Origin: Alistipes sp.
GTDB lineage: Bacteria > Bacteroidota > Bacteroidia > Bacteroidales > Rikenellaceae
Assembly: GCA_045596245.1 (NCBI GenBank)
Contig: JAZOBZ010000016.1
Span: forward strand, 766 to 64,765
Direction: 5' to 3'
DNA length: 64,000 bases
The number at the start of each line of letters is the position of its first letter. The stretch's first letter is position 1. The notes beneath the pieces were generated by a model that saw only the letters and a program-made list of their open reading frames with translations, had not been told where the DNA came from and made no database searches. Shown here one piece after another: positions 1 through 9,984 of the stretch. Both the position numbers and the translations under genes were made by a program.

Positions 1-2469
1 TGAATATATTATTGCATTCGTGGTGTCCATCTGTGACCAATCAACCTTTGCACCCGTAGCACCATCTGCAATAGGGCGTATCTGCAATACATTAAATATA
101 TTGAGCTTATCGCCTCTGTCGAGGTTTGCCGCAAACTCAATCTCTACACCGCACTTCATCTCTCGCTCGGCAATGGCAAGCAACTCCTGTAAAATCTCTG
201 CCAATGGGAATGAGTTGTACTTCAAGATATTGGCAAAGGTGATAACCTTAATTCCATCTACAAGTGAGGAGTCGCTCATGCGCATATTCTGCATATCCCA
301 AGTCGATGCAACATGTTTGATATTACGGAACGATGTGCAATCGGCAATCTTTATCTTTTCGAGATTTACGGCATCGTCCAACGAGGTCTTGAATCTATCG
401 GGTTGCAGATTCAATGCATACATAACCTGCTGAGTGTCACGCATGGCAAGTGCCGGCTCCGAAGTCTGTAAGATATTCTGCGGATATTTTGGAGAGAATC
501 GCAAAACCTGCTCACCATCAACCACCGCCTTACCGAGTCCGAAAGCCACTTTGGCCACGCCATCTTCGGGCTTTTCATAGCCTATCGGATAGTAGTTTAG
601 CGAACGAGCTACTCCCGACAGAGTAGGAAAATAGTAACCTCTATCCTCCGAACCGCAAACCTCCTCGATAACAATCGCCATCTTCTCCTCCGAAATAACA
701 TTCGCCGTAGCAGTAATGTAGGCACGCGAAGAGGCAAAATAGACCGAGGCATATACGCTCTTTATCGCCTTCGACAATAGACGCAACTCTTGATCTTCAT
801 TCTCGGTATGAGGAATCATATATGTAGAGTAGATGCCGGCAAATGGCTGGTAGTATGAATCCTCCAACTTCGATGACGAACGGATAGCCAATGGCTTACG
901 CACATTTCGGATAAATACACGCAGAGCCTCGGTCAGCTCCTGCGGTAAGACCGAGGCAACAAACTCCGACAATATCTCGGCATCGCTCACATCGGCATTT
1001 ATCACATATTGTAGTCCGTTCTCAATGATAAAACGATCGAAATATTCAGTGGTAATCACAAGTGTTCGTGGCACAAGAACTCGCTGATGTTCCCAACGAT
1101 TGTAGAGATTGTACTTCTGTAAAATATGGTTCATAAATGCCAAGCCACGAGCTTTGCCTCCAAGTGAACCATTGCCCAACTTCGAAAACCAAATCGCATC
1201 GTTGTAGGTATCCGGCGAGAATCGAGCTACAACACCCAAGCCCTGCTTGATACGGTAATCTCGAATGCTATCGGTCAAGAAATGACGCACGGCATTGAGG
1301 TCGGCGAATGCCTCCGGTGTAAGCGCACGGAAGGAGTGTCCGAGCGAGAATATACCTCGCGCAAAGAGCCACTTCGAGAGGCTTGTAGTACTAGCCATTC
1401 GGCGCAGAATATCATCGGATAGCGAGTGCAATACTCGCTCCAAACCATACAAATCGTGGGCGCGGACTACCTCCTCGTGAGTATCGGGGTCGGCAAACAC
1501 AAAATCACCAAAAGCGCAAGCGCGACCTATATATTCGTTCAGCTCGTGCAACAGCGTTTTCGAATTTTTAACGATAAATCCCACACCCAGCTCCTCGGCA
1601 ACAGAGCGCATGGAAGCCTGCGAAGACTGCATCAAAAATGGCATCTCTGGATTATCCTCGCGAATAAGATTACACAAATCGACTCCCGCATCAAGTTTCT
1701 CGGTACTTGGATCATCGTTTTTGTGGAGTACAAAGCCAATATCGGAGATAACACCCAACAAGTTTTGCTTATATTTCTGGTAGAGTGCTACGGCATCATC
1801 ATAGTTTGTCGCCATTAGTATCTTTGGGCGGGCTCGCTTACGCATAATCTGCTGATTCTCATTGAGTGCATCGCGTATTGAAGCGATATTTTGTTGCAAA
1901 ACAAGTTTGTAGAGAGCTGGCAAATAGGTTGAATAGTAACGAATCGAATCCTCTACCAATAAGATGGCTTGCACTCCAACCTCCAAAATATCGTGCTCGG
2001 CATTCATCGAATCCTCCAACAGCTTAATAATGGCAATAATAAGGTCGGTGGAGTTATTCCAGCAGAAGATTTGGTCTATTGCCGTTGTGCGATTTTCACT
2101 TATACGGCGGTGTATCTCCTTGGTGGAGTTGGTCAGCAATACGATGGGTGTGGCCGATTGCAGAGACTTCATCTGCTCGGCAAACGAGAAGACATCAAGA
2201 GTTCCGACATTGTACATAGTCATCACAAGGTCGAACAGTTCGCCTTGGCGTACAAGCTCCAAAGCCTCAGTTGGTGTCTCAACACGCATAATAGCAGGCG
2301 GATTACTCAAATTGAGTTCGTTATACTCTTGCTGAATACGGGCATCGATGCGTCCGTCCTCTTCGAGAGCATAGCTATCATAGCTATTGCAAACCAATAA
2401 TATACGGCGAATACGGCGACTCATCAGCGAGCCATAATCCAATCTCTTTTCGTTATGTGCTATATCCAT
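1..2469 (-). CDS. PEP/pyruvate-binding domain protein (Bacteroidota PEP-synthase/PPDK-like, with N-terminal receiver-like region); its 3' end lies outside the window
   Basis: Not in the ORF track. Manual minus-strand reading from the ATG at 2469 gives MDIAHNEKRLDYGSLMSRRIRRILLVCNSYDSYALEEDGRID and the motifs GNGSLGGKARGLAFM and LAIRSSSKLEDSYYQPFAGIYSTYMIP. Confidence 0.85.
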   Translation of the reverse strand, partial: MDIAHNEKRLDYGSLMSRRIRRILLVCNSYDSYALEEDGRIDARIQQEYNELNLSNPPAIMRVETPTEALELVRQGELFDLVMTMYNVGTLDVFSFAEQMKSLQSATPIVLLTNSTKEIHRRISENRTTAIDQIFCWNNSTDLIIAIIKLLEDSMNAEHDILEVGVQAILLVEDSIRYYSTYLPALYKLVLQQNIASIRDALNENQQIMRKRARPKILMATNYDDAVALYQKYKQNLLGVISDIGFVLHKNDDPSTEKLDAGVDLCNLIREDNPEMPFLMQSSQASMRSVAEELGVGFIVKNSKTLLHELNEYIGRACAFGDFVFADPDTHEEVVRAHDLYGLERVLHSLSDDILRRMASTTSLSKWLFARGIFSLGHSFRALTPEAFADLNAVRHFLTDSIRDYRIKQGLGVVARFSPDTYNDAIWFSKLGNGSLGGKARGLAFMNHILQKYNLYNRWEHQRVLVPRTLVITTEYFDRFIIENGLQYVINADVSDAEILSEFVASVLPQELTEALRVFIRNVRKPLAIRSSSKLEDSYYQPFAGIYSTYMIPHTENEDQELRLLSKAIKSVYASVYFASSRAYITATANVISEEKMAIVIEEVCGSEDRGYYFPTLSGVARSLNYYPIGYEKPEDGVAKVAFGLGKAVVDGEQVLRFSPKYPQNILQTSEPALAMRDTQQVMYALNLQPDRFKTSLDDAVNLEKIKIADCTSFRNIKHVASTWDMQNMRMSDSSLVDGIKVITFANILKYNSFPLAEILQELLAIAEREMKCGVEIEFAANLDRGDKLNIFNVLQIRPIADGATGAKVDWSQMDTTNAIIYS

Positions 2470-2571
2470 AATTTTCGATTTGTACCGACAAATTTACTTT
2501 TTTCTTGCCGTTTTTGAAATTTTCTTGCCAAAAAATAGCTACCTTTACTGCAAATTACATCGTTTAACACT

Positions 2572-3069
2572 ATGAGCAAAACGAAAATTAATGCTGAGGA
2601 GCGTGCTATGCGTGCAAAAAAATACTTCCAAGAGGGGTATAATTGTTCGCAATCGGTAGCACTTGCCTATGCCGATATAACCTCACTTGACGAGGAGATG
2701 GTGGCTAAGATAACAGCATCGTTCGGTGGTGGCATGGGACGATTGCGCGAGGTGTGTGGTGCTGTTAGCGGAATGGTCTTTTTAGCCGGTTTCATATCGC
2801 CATGCCCTATGGCCAACAATGCCGAAGCAAAAAAGGCAAATTATACTTTGGTGCAAGAGTTCGCCGAGAGATTCCGCGAGAAAAACGGAGCAATAGTGTG
2901 TCGCACACTACTTGGTATTGACCGACCAAAAGATGTGCCTACACCATCGGCTCGTACGGCAGAGTACTACAAGAAACGCCCTTGTGCCGACTTGGTTTAT
3001 GATGCAGCGTTGATTGTTGGCGAGTACCTTGAAAACGGAAAACGGAAAACTGAAAGCGGAAAACTATAA
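2572..3069 (+). CDS. C-GCAxxG-C-C family putative redox protein
   Basis: Motifs GYNCSQSV, FGGGMGRLREVCGAVSG, IVCRTLLG and RPCADLV. Confidence 0.85.
   Translation: MSKTKINAEERAMRAKKYFQEGYNCSQSVALAYADITSLDEEMVAKITASFGGGMGRLREVCGAVSGMVFLAGFISPCPMANNAEAKKANYTLVQEFAERFREKNGAIVCRTLLGIDRPKDVPTPSARTAEYYKKRPCADLVYDAALIVGEYLENGKRKTESGKL
3031..3065 (+). repeat. 5 x 7-bp degenerate tandem repeat (GAAAACG-like) at the gene 3' end
   Basis: gaaaacg gaaaacg gaaaact gaaagcg gaaaact. Confidence 0.75.
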
Positions 3070-3089
3070 AATTACAATACTAAACAGTT

Positions 3090-3479
3090 ATGACAAAGAT
3101 TATTACTATTGCGGCACAGAACGCACCAAAGGCGGTTGGTCCTTACTCGCAGGCTCGCAAGGCTGTCGAGGCAGAAGCTACTCTCTATGTTTCGGGACAA
3201 CTCCCAATCAACCCTACAACAGGTACAATGGCTGAAACTATCGAGGAGCAGACTCGTCAATCACTCAACAACCTTGGAGCAATTCTCCACGAAGCAGGAA
3301 TGGACTATTCCGACATCGTTAAAACCACCGTTTTACTCGATGATATCAAGGATTTTGCGGCGATGAATGCGGTATATGCCGAGTACTTCGAGGGCGAAAA
3401 GCCTGCTCGTATGTGCTATGAAGTTGCAGCCCTGCCAATGGGTGCAAAGGTTGAGATTGATGCGGTAGCGGTGAGATAA
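3090..3479 (+). CDS. ridA: RidA/YjgF/UK114 family reactive intermediate deaminase
   Basis: Motifs APKAVGPYSQA, LYVSGQLPI, FAAMNAVY, PAR and VAALPMGAKVEIDAVA. Confidence 0.9.
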   Translation: MTKIITIAAQNAPKAVGPYSQARKAVEAEATLYVSGQLPINPTTGTMAETIEEQTRQSLNNLGAILHEAGMDYSDIVKTTVLLDDIKDFAAMNAVYAEYFEGEKPARMCYEVAALPMGAKVEIDAVAVR

Positions 3480-3498
3480 AGAAGATAAAAACAGAAAA

Positions 3499-5316
3499 CT
3501 ATTCGAGGCTCGAAAGGTATTCAACAACCTTTTGAGCCTTTGTGTTGCCGACAATCTCGGCTATCTCCTCGACCGAAGCGGCACGAAGCTTCGAGAGCGT
3601 ACGGAAGTGGCGCAAAAGAGCAGTTATACTCTTTTCACCGACACCCTCAATACCTTCAAGACCTGTCTTAATAAAACTCTTGCTGCGGCGGTTGCGATGG
3701 TGTGTAATGCCAAAGCGGTGCGCCTCATCGCGGATATGGCAGATAACCTTCAACGGTTCGCCCGTACGACTCAGATAGTACGGCATAGTGTCATTCGGAT
3801 AGAAGACCTCCTCCAACCTCTTCGCCAAGCCCACAATCGGCACTCTCTCAGCAATGCCCAACTCCTGCAAAACGGCGTATGCGCTCGACAGCTGACCTTT
3901 ACCGCCATCGACAACTATCAAATCGGGCAACTCTGCACCCTCCTCCAATAATCGTGTATAGCGGCGAGTGAGAATCTCGCGCATCGAAGCAAAGTCGTCT
4001 GCTCCAACCACCGTCTTTATGTTGAAGTGGCGATACTCCTTGCGTGCCGGCTTACCATCACGAAATACCACGCACGATGCTACCGGATTGGTACCCTGCA
4101 AGTTGGAGTTATCAAAACACTCTATATGGCGTGGCTCCTTCGCAAGTCGCAATTCACGGCGCATCGCCTCCATAAGGCGGTCGGTATGGCGTGCCGGATT
4201 GTGTATTTCGAGATTTTTAAGACGCTCTGCACGAGTCGTCTTTGCCGAGCGCAGAGAGAACTCCAACAAATCGTGCTTCTCGCCCCTCTTCGGCACTGAA
4301 AATCGAACCCCTTCAAAAAACTCCTCATGTGGCAAAACCGACACTAAAACCTCTTGCGCCAACTCGCCTGCAATGGACTCTCTTATGTGCTGAATGCCGA
4401 GTGTCATTATCGAGCGTTCATCGCTCTCCACACCTACGGAGATGGTCGCTGTATGCACCGCAGTAATCGAGCCGTTGCGCACACGCAAAAAGTTGCAGTA
4501 AGCCTCATCGTCATCGACCAACAGTGAGAAGATATCTACATCTCCCATCTTTGCGCTCACGATAACCGAGCGACTTGCGTAGCGTTCCAACGCATCAAGG
4601 CGCGCCTTATATCGTGCCGCAACCTCAAATCGCAACTCCTCGGCAGCACGCATCATCTCCCCTTCGAGATATCTCCTGACTGGTCGCAAATCGCCTTTCA
4701 AAACCGAAGTAGCAATATCGACATAGTTCATATACTCCTCACGACTACACATACCGATACACGGCGCTTTGCAATTGCCAAGATGGTATTGAAGACAAGG
4801 TAGATGTTTCGCCTTCGCCACACTATCTTCGCTCATCTTCTGTCGGCACATTCGAAGTGGCAACGCCTCACGGATAAAATCGAGTACTGCCCTCTGAGCC
4901 GAAATAGAGCCGTATGGACCGTAGTATTGCGAGCCATCGCGCACAATTTGGCGAGTCGAAAGAACACGAGGAAACTCCTCCGCCGTAACCGCTATCCAGG
5001 GGTAGGATTTATCATCTTTCAGAAGGATATTGTAACGAGGTTGCAAGGTTTTGATAAGCGAGTTTTCCAACAGTAACGCATCTGTTTCGCTATCGACCAC
5101 AATATGACGCATCGAGGCAATTTGTCGCACCATAACCCGCACCTTGGCGGAGTGGTCACGATTCTCAACAAAGTAGGAGCGAACTCGATTGCGCAGATGC
5201 TTCGCTTTGCCGACATATATGACCTCCCCTTGGCTATTCTCAAAGAGATAGCAACCCGCTGACATGGGTAGTAAAGCAACTTGCTCTTTAAGTGATATTT
5301 TATCGTTATCCGACAT
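3499..5316 (-). CDS. uvrC: Excinuclease ABC subunit C
   Basis: GIY-YIG start (GCYLF...YVGKAKHLRNRVRSYF), IECFDNSN, DLIVVDGGKGQLS, RDEAHRFGIT and C-terminal HhH. Confidence 0.97.
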   Translation of the reverse strand: MSDNDKISLKEQVALLPMSAGCYLFENSQGEVIYVGKAKHLRNRVRSYFVENRDHSAKVRVMVRQIASMRHIVVDSETDALLLENSLIKTLQPRYNILLKDDKSYPWIAVTAEEFPRVLSTRQIVRDGSQYYGPYGSISAQRAVLDFIREALPLRMCRQKMSEDSVAKAKHLPCLQYHLGNCKAPCIGMCSREEYMNYVDIATSVLKGDLRPVRRYLEGEMMRAAEELRFEVAARYKARLDALERYASRSVIVSAKMGDVDIFSLLVDDDEAYCNFLRVRNGSITAVHTATISVGVESDERSIMTLGIQHIRESIAGELAQEVLVSVLPHEEFFEGVRFSVPKRGEKHDLLEFSLRSAKTTRAERLKNLEIHNPARHTDRLMEAMRRELRLAKEPRHIECFDNSNLQGTNPVASCVVFRDGKPARKEYRHFNIKTVVGADDFASMREILTRRYTRLLEEGAELPDLIVVDGGKGQLSSAYAVLQELGIAERVPIVGLAKRLEEVFYPNDTMPYYLSRTGEPLKVICHIRDEAHRFGITHHRNRRSKSFIKTGLEGIEGVGEKSITALLRHFRTLSKLRAASVEEIAEIVGNTKAQKVVEYLSSLE

Positions 5317-5428
5317 ATTTCATTACAAATATACACATTTTTGCGAAAATCATGCTTTAATTAGAAAATTAACCTTAACTTTGTAGTGTTTATGAGCATT
5401 GAAAATCAAAATTTTACCGAATAACAAT

Positions 5429-8400
5429 ATGAAAAAACTTTTTGTCACATTGTCTGTTTGCGCAGTATTCTCGTTTACAGGCTGTATTGACCGCGAATTT
5501 GACCTTGCCGAAACCTCCGGCGAAATGACCATCGGAGGCGAAGAATTGGTTGTCCCGTTGGGAGAGATTAGCAAAATCAAGTTCGATGACATTTTGGGCG
5601 AAAATGAAGTTGTAAAACCAAACGAAGAGGGAGTATATCAAATCTCGTTCTCCTCGTTCGGCGAAGACCCGACAAAGTATGAGAGCATGTTGATTGATGG
5701 CATCTCCATTCCAAACATTACCGGTTTATCGCCAGAATTGGAGCCAATATCTTTCTCGTTTGGCTCGTTGCCTACTTCACTACTGTTTAGCGCCATAAAC
5801 AAGCCTTTCGATGTCGATTTTCCTACATCAATCGGCGATATTATGCGCATCACCCCGATTAAAATCAATCAACCGGTCGAGTTCTCATTGCCATCGCAAC
5901 TCTCTGGACAAGGCGTTATTGATGACCACACTCTTACTCTCCTCAATACTCTGGGCTTATCGACAGTGTCGGCAAGTGATGAGAATGAGGCGGTTTTCGA
6001 TGCAACACTCGAAATTTTGGAGCAGTTGGAGAAGGTTGATTGGGTAGAGTTTGGTTGCAAAGACCACCCATACGGTGCACCTTTCAACCTCAATATCGAT
6101 TTCAACGGTTTGGTAGATGTGGTTGCAGGTGGTAATTTGAAACTTAAAGTCAACTTCCCTGAGGGATACTATCTTCGTGATGAGAACGGAGAGGACTTCC
6201 CTGTCGCAACACACAACATTCTCGAAAAGGATATCACCCTTACTGCCAAGCAGAAGAGTGTGAGCATACTGCTCTACTTGCATAAAATCGATTATAGCGA
6301 CCACCTATTCGTTGATGGAAAACTCAAAATTGATGACCACATCAAATACTCTTACGATATTGCTGTTAGCCTCGGCAAGGGCAGCTACAATCTTAATAGT
6401 GCCCCTAAATTGAGTATAAACTCGGCGCCTGAATACAAGGATGTAGAGGTGAGAATCAACCATTTCGAGGTTCCACAACATGAGTACCCTATAACCCACA
6501 CCTTCAACGGTATGCCAAGTGGCGTTGTTGTGGAGAAGATTGCATTTACCGAGAGTAGCAAGTTAAATATCTCGTTGAAGGGCTTGGAGTGGTGTGTAGC
6601 AAAGGACAATATCACAGGTGATAATATCTCTCCGAAGATTGAGATTGACATGCCTCTATGTATGCATTTCCGTGAGCACCCTCTGCTCAATAAGGAGACC
6701 AATGTATTGTTGGCTTCATCAACAGAGTTGGCCGAGGGCATTGTTCTATCGCTCGACTATATCGATTGCAAAGACAATTCGAATGTAAAGCAGGAGAATG
6801 GACAGCTTCTCATAAACGAAAAGATAAGTGCTGCTATTCACATGGAGAGTCTTGACGGTCACACCGTGCTTGTATCGACAATCACACCACCTGCAAATTG
6901 GTCGCTCTCGATGAATATCGCCGAGTCGCGTTTGGAGGTTGACACTGCAAATTCGATTGTTACTTGGAATAGTGATAAAGGGTTCGACTTTGACCTGCAA
7001 GATAATATCCCTTATATTACCCAGACAATCGAAGTGCCTGAGATGATTGCAGGCATCGAGCGTATCGAGATAGGCAAAGCAAACAGCGACAAACCTCTCT
7101 CGATGAACTTCGTATTAAAGACAGGTCACTCGTTCCCTGTACGCACACTCGATATCGATGTGGCGGTAAATCTTGGTAAGTTACTCCGCCCGACACAGAA
7201 GATGTTCGATGATGGACTCATCTCGAAAAATGAGAATGGCGACTACATCCTCACTGTAAAGGATATGTGGAATACAGAGTATCCAATGTTAAAGACTTTG
7301 GAATTTGACGCTTTGGAGAACATACCTGCCATTAGCGATGGAAAGATAACTATCAATCAGTCGTTCCCTGTTACGGGTAGCGCAAAGATTAAGAGTGGCG
7401 AAAATATCGACCTTTCGGCGGTAAATGAGGCAAAAATCGATATCGACTTCGAGATTGACGATATTGAGGTTCGCACTTTTGTCGGTAATATCGATTTAGC
7501 CGTAAAACCTGAAACTATGTATGTGGAGTTGGGAGAGATGAGTGATCTTGGTGTAGATATAAACAAGTTGAGTCTCAATCCTGTTCTGGATATCAAGTTA
7601 AAGGATAACCCTACCGGAATATCATTCAACACCGACATTGCGATTAGAACCTACAACTCAAATGGAGAGGAGGTTGATACATACACTATTCCTACAATAC
7701 CTATTGCAGGTAGTGGTGCTTCGAATATCATTATTTCAACCCCTCGCAACGAACATAAATATAAGGATAAAGATGTAACATTCATCTCTGTTGAAGGACT
7801 TGCTAAACTTCTCTCGAAAGGTATACCGGCAAAGATTGCGGTAGATATGACCGTTGCATCAAACAAAAACGACCTCTATACACTCAATTTGATTGATGCG
7901 AAAGATGGCTATAACATCGAGTATCAATATGAGATAACACTCCCATTGGAGTTCGATGGTGATATAGACCTCTCGTACGCATCTTCTGTCATGGGATTGA
8001 ACGAAACATTTACAAGTCTTGCCGATGAGTTGAAAACTGTGAAGGTTGGCGATATCGGTTTGATTGCCGAATTTGGAACAACAATTCCATTCAACATTGT
8101 TGTCTCGGCAGAGCTTGTCAATGCCGAAGGAGAGAACGAGGGCATCTCGGCACGCCTCAATATCAAAGATTGCGTAATTAAGGGTTACGATGCCAAGAGT
8201 GATGGCGAGAAGCGCATCTCGAAGGTTGATTTAGACTTTGACCTCGGAGAGAGTGGCTCGTTGGAGGGGTTGCGAAACGCTGATGGCATACGCTTCAAAT
8301 TCTCACTTTACGACAATGGTCAGTCGGAGTCGGCAGCCCTTGCCAATACACAGTATATTGATGGTAAGTTAAAGTTGCGAGTTCGTGATGGTTTAACTGT

Positions 8401-8443
8401 AGATATTTTTGATTTTTTAGAGCAACAAAATAAGGAGGAGTAA
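5429..8443 (+). CDS. Large beta-rich outer-membrane lipoprotein (DUF4621-like), function unknown
   Basis: Signal peptide II MKKLFVTLSVCAVFSFTG-C followed by IDREFDL. About 1004 aa, acidic, and directly upstream of a DUF5723-type barrel gene. Confidence 0.65.
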   Translation: MKKLFVTLSVCAVFSFTGCIDREFDLAETSGEMTIGGEELVVPLGEISKIKFDDILGENEVVKPNEEGVYQISFSSFGEDPTKYESMLIDGISIPNITGLSPELEPISFSFGSLPTSLLFSAINKPFDVDFPTSIGDIMRITPIKINQPVEFSLPSQLSGQGVIDDHTLTLLNTLGLSTVSASDENEAVFDATLEILEQLEKVDWVEFGCKDHPYGAPFNLNIDFNGLVDVVAGGNLKLKVNFPEGYYLRDENGEDFPVATHNILEKDITLTAKQKSVSILLYLHKIDYSDHLFVDGKLKIDDHIKYSYDIAVSLGKGSYNLNSAPKLSINSAPEYKDVEVRINHFEVPQHEYPITHTFNGMPSGVVVEKIAFTESSKLNISLKGLEWCVAKDNITGDNISPKIEIDMPLCMHFREHPLLNKETNVLLASSTELAEGIVLSLDYIDCKDNSNVKQENGQLLINEKISAAIHMESLDGHTVLVSTITPPANWSLSMNIAESRLEVDTANSIVTWNSDKGFDFDLQDNIPYITQTIEVPEMIAGIERIEIGKANSDKPLSMNFVLKTGHSFPVRTLDIDVAVNLGKLLRPTQKMFDDGLISKNENGDYILTVKDMWNTEYPMLKTLEFDALENIPAISDGKITINQSFPVTGSAKIKSGENIDLSAVNEAKIDIDFEIDDIEVRTFVGNIDLAVKPETMYVELGEMSDLGVDINKLSLNPVLDIKLKDNPTGISFNTDIAIRTYNSNGEEVDTYTIPTIPIAGSGASNIIISTPRNEHKYKDKDVTFISVEGLAKLLSKGIPAKIAVDMTVASNKNDLYTLNLIDAKDGYNIEYQYEITLPLEFDGDIDLSYASSVMGLNETFTSLADELKTVKVGDIGLIAEFGTTIPFNIVVSAELVNAEGENEGISARLNIKDCVIKGYDAKSDGEKRISKVDLDFDLGESGSLEGLRNADGIRFKFSLYDNGQSESAALANTQYIDGKLKLRVRDGLTVDIFDFLEQQNKEE

Positions 8444-8446
8444 TAT

Positions 8447-9865
8447 ATGAAACAGATATACAGATATTTAATCATCTTTGTAGCCTTCATTGGGAGCATA
8501 GTGACTGTTTCGGCACAGATGCGTACCGCATACTTTATGGAGGGTTCTTACTTCCGTACCGATATGAATGCTGCACTTGCACCAACTCGTGGATATATCA
8601 AATTGCCCGCAATCGGAGGATTGGGTGTCGATTTCGGCAACAACTACTTCTCTGTAAACAACCTCTTTTACAAGAGGGACGGAGGCATATATACCTTTAT
8701 GCACAACGGCGTATCGGCAGATGAGTTCCTCGGCAAATTGGGCAACAAAGGTAAATTGAGTGTCAATCTCAACACCTCAATACTCGGCTTTGGTGCACAT
8801 ACCAAGAAGTTATTTTGGAGTTTCGGGCTGAATCTTCGTTCCAACACCGAGATAACGCTCTCGAAAGATATGTTCTCTGCACTGAAAAACCTCTCAAACG
8901 GATACTACGACTTGGGCGACACCCACATCTCCAATCGCGAATATATCGAGGCTGCAATCGGCTTTGCAATTCCTATCAAGGAGTTTATGACCTTCGGTTT
9001 CCGCGCCAAGGGATTGGTTGGTATTGCCGACTTGTCGATGCAGATGGATAAGATGTATCTCGACATCAACGAGAACGCTGTCAGAGCAGAATTGATGGGA
9101 GGCATTCGCGGTAACTGTCCGATGTTTACGCCCAACTATGTCGTAGGCTCGGAGTTCTCGGTAGATGGCATTATGCAGCAAGATATTATGCAGGCTCTCA
9201 AAAATATCAAGAGTTGGGGATTGGGGCTCGACTTCGGTTTCGAGTTCCGCTTTCTCGATGACCATCTGAAAGTTTCGGTCGGCGTAAACGATTTGGGCTT
9301 TATCAAATGGTATGGCAATACCACCATCAACGCCGAGGGAAATGCGCACTTCACATACAAAGGATTTAACCTTACCACCAACGAGGCGGATATGGACGGA
9401 GGCTTCGAGGCGGTTATGGCAAAGCCGGAGGGCTCTTACACCACCCGACTCTCCTGCTCTCTCAATGGAGGTGTTGAGTATAACATCTTGAATAACTGGA
9501 TTGCATTCGGAGTGCTCTCTCACACCGAGTTTTGCCAAAACTTCACCCGTACCGAACTTACCGCTTCGGTAAATTTCCGCATTATGCGTTGGCTCTCTAC
9601 TTCATTCAGCCACACATTCCTTAACGGCAATCAGCCGGGTGTACTTGGCTGGGCGTTGAATATCCACCCTACCGGATTCAATCTCTTCCTCGGTGCCGAC
9701 TTTATCGATACTCGCTTTGCGGTATATAACCAGAAAATTCCTATTCCGAAGATGATGTCTTCGGCAAATGTATATGTCGGATTAGGTTTCAACCTCGGCA
9801 AGGCGAAGTATATGCGCTCAATGCAGCCAAAGGCGAAAAAGGATAAAAAGAGTAAAAAGGCTTAA
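8447..9865 (+). CDS. DUF5723-family outer-membrane beta-barrel protein
   Basis: Signal peptide, then TAYFME...MNAALAP, VSVGVNDLGFIKW and an amphipathic C-terminal strand NVYVGLGFNLG. Confidence 0.75.
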   Translation: MKQIYRYLIIFVAFIGSIVTVSAQMRTAYFMEGSYFRTDMNAALAPTRGYIKLPAIGGLGVDFGNNYFSVNNLFYKRDGGIYTFMHNGVSADEFLGKLGNKGKLSVNLNTSILGFGAHTKKLFWSFGLNLRSNTEITLSKDMFSALKNLSNGYYDLGDTHISNREYIEAAIGFAIPIKEFMTFGFRAKGLVGIADLSMQMDKMYLDINENAVRAELMGGIRGNCPMFTPNYVVGSEFSVDGIMQQDIMQALKNIKSWGLGLDFGFEFRFLDDHLKVSVGVNDLGFIKWYGNTTINAEGNAHFTYKGFNLTTNEADMDGGFEAVMAKPEGSYTTRLSCSLNGGVEYNILNNWIAFGVLSHTEFCQNFTRTELTASVNFRIMRWLSTSFSHTFLNGNQPGVLGWALNIHPTGFNLFLGADFIDTRFAVYNQKIPIPKMMSSANVYVGLGFNLGKAKYMRSMQPKAKKDKKSKKA

Positions 9866-9875
9866 TTCCGCACTT

Positions 9876-9980
9876 TGCATTCTGCATTCTGCATTCTGAA
9901 TTTTGCATTTTGCATTTTGCATTTTGCATTTTGCATTCTGAATTCTGAATTCTGCATTTTGCATTTTGAATTTTGCATTC
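9876..9980 (+). repeat. 15 x 7-bp tandem repeat TG(C/A)ATT(T/C)
   Basis: 15 consecutive units counted from 9876 to 9980, ending 4 bp before the ATG at 9985. Confidence 0.95.
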
Positions 9981-9984
9981 TATT

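Noticed and set aside
20-2400. Several + strand ORFs in the track
   Set aside because: They are antisense shadows of the long minus-strand PEP/pyruvate-binding gene that runs off the window.
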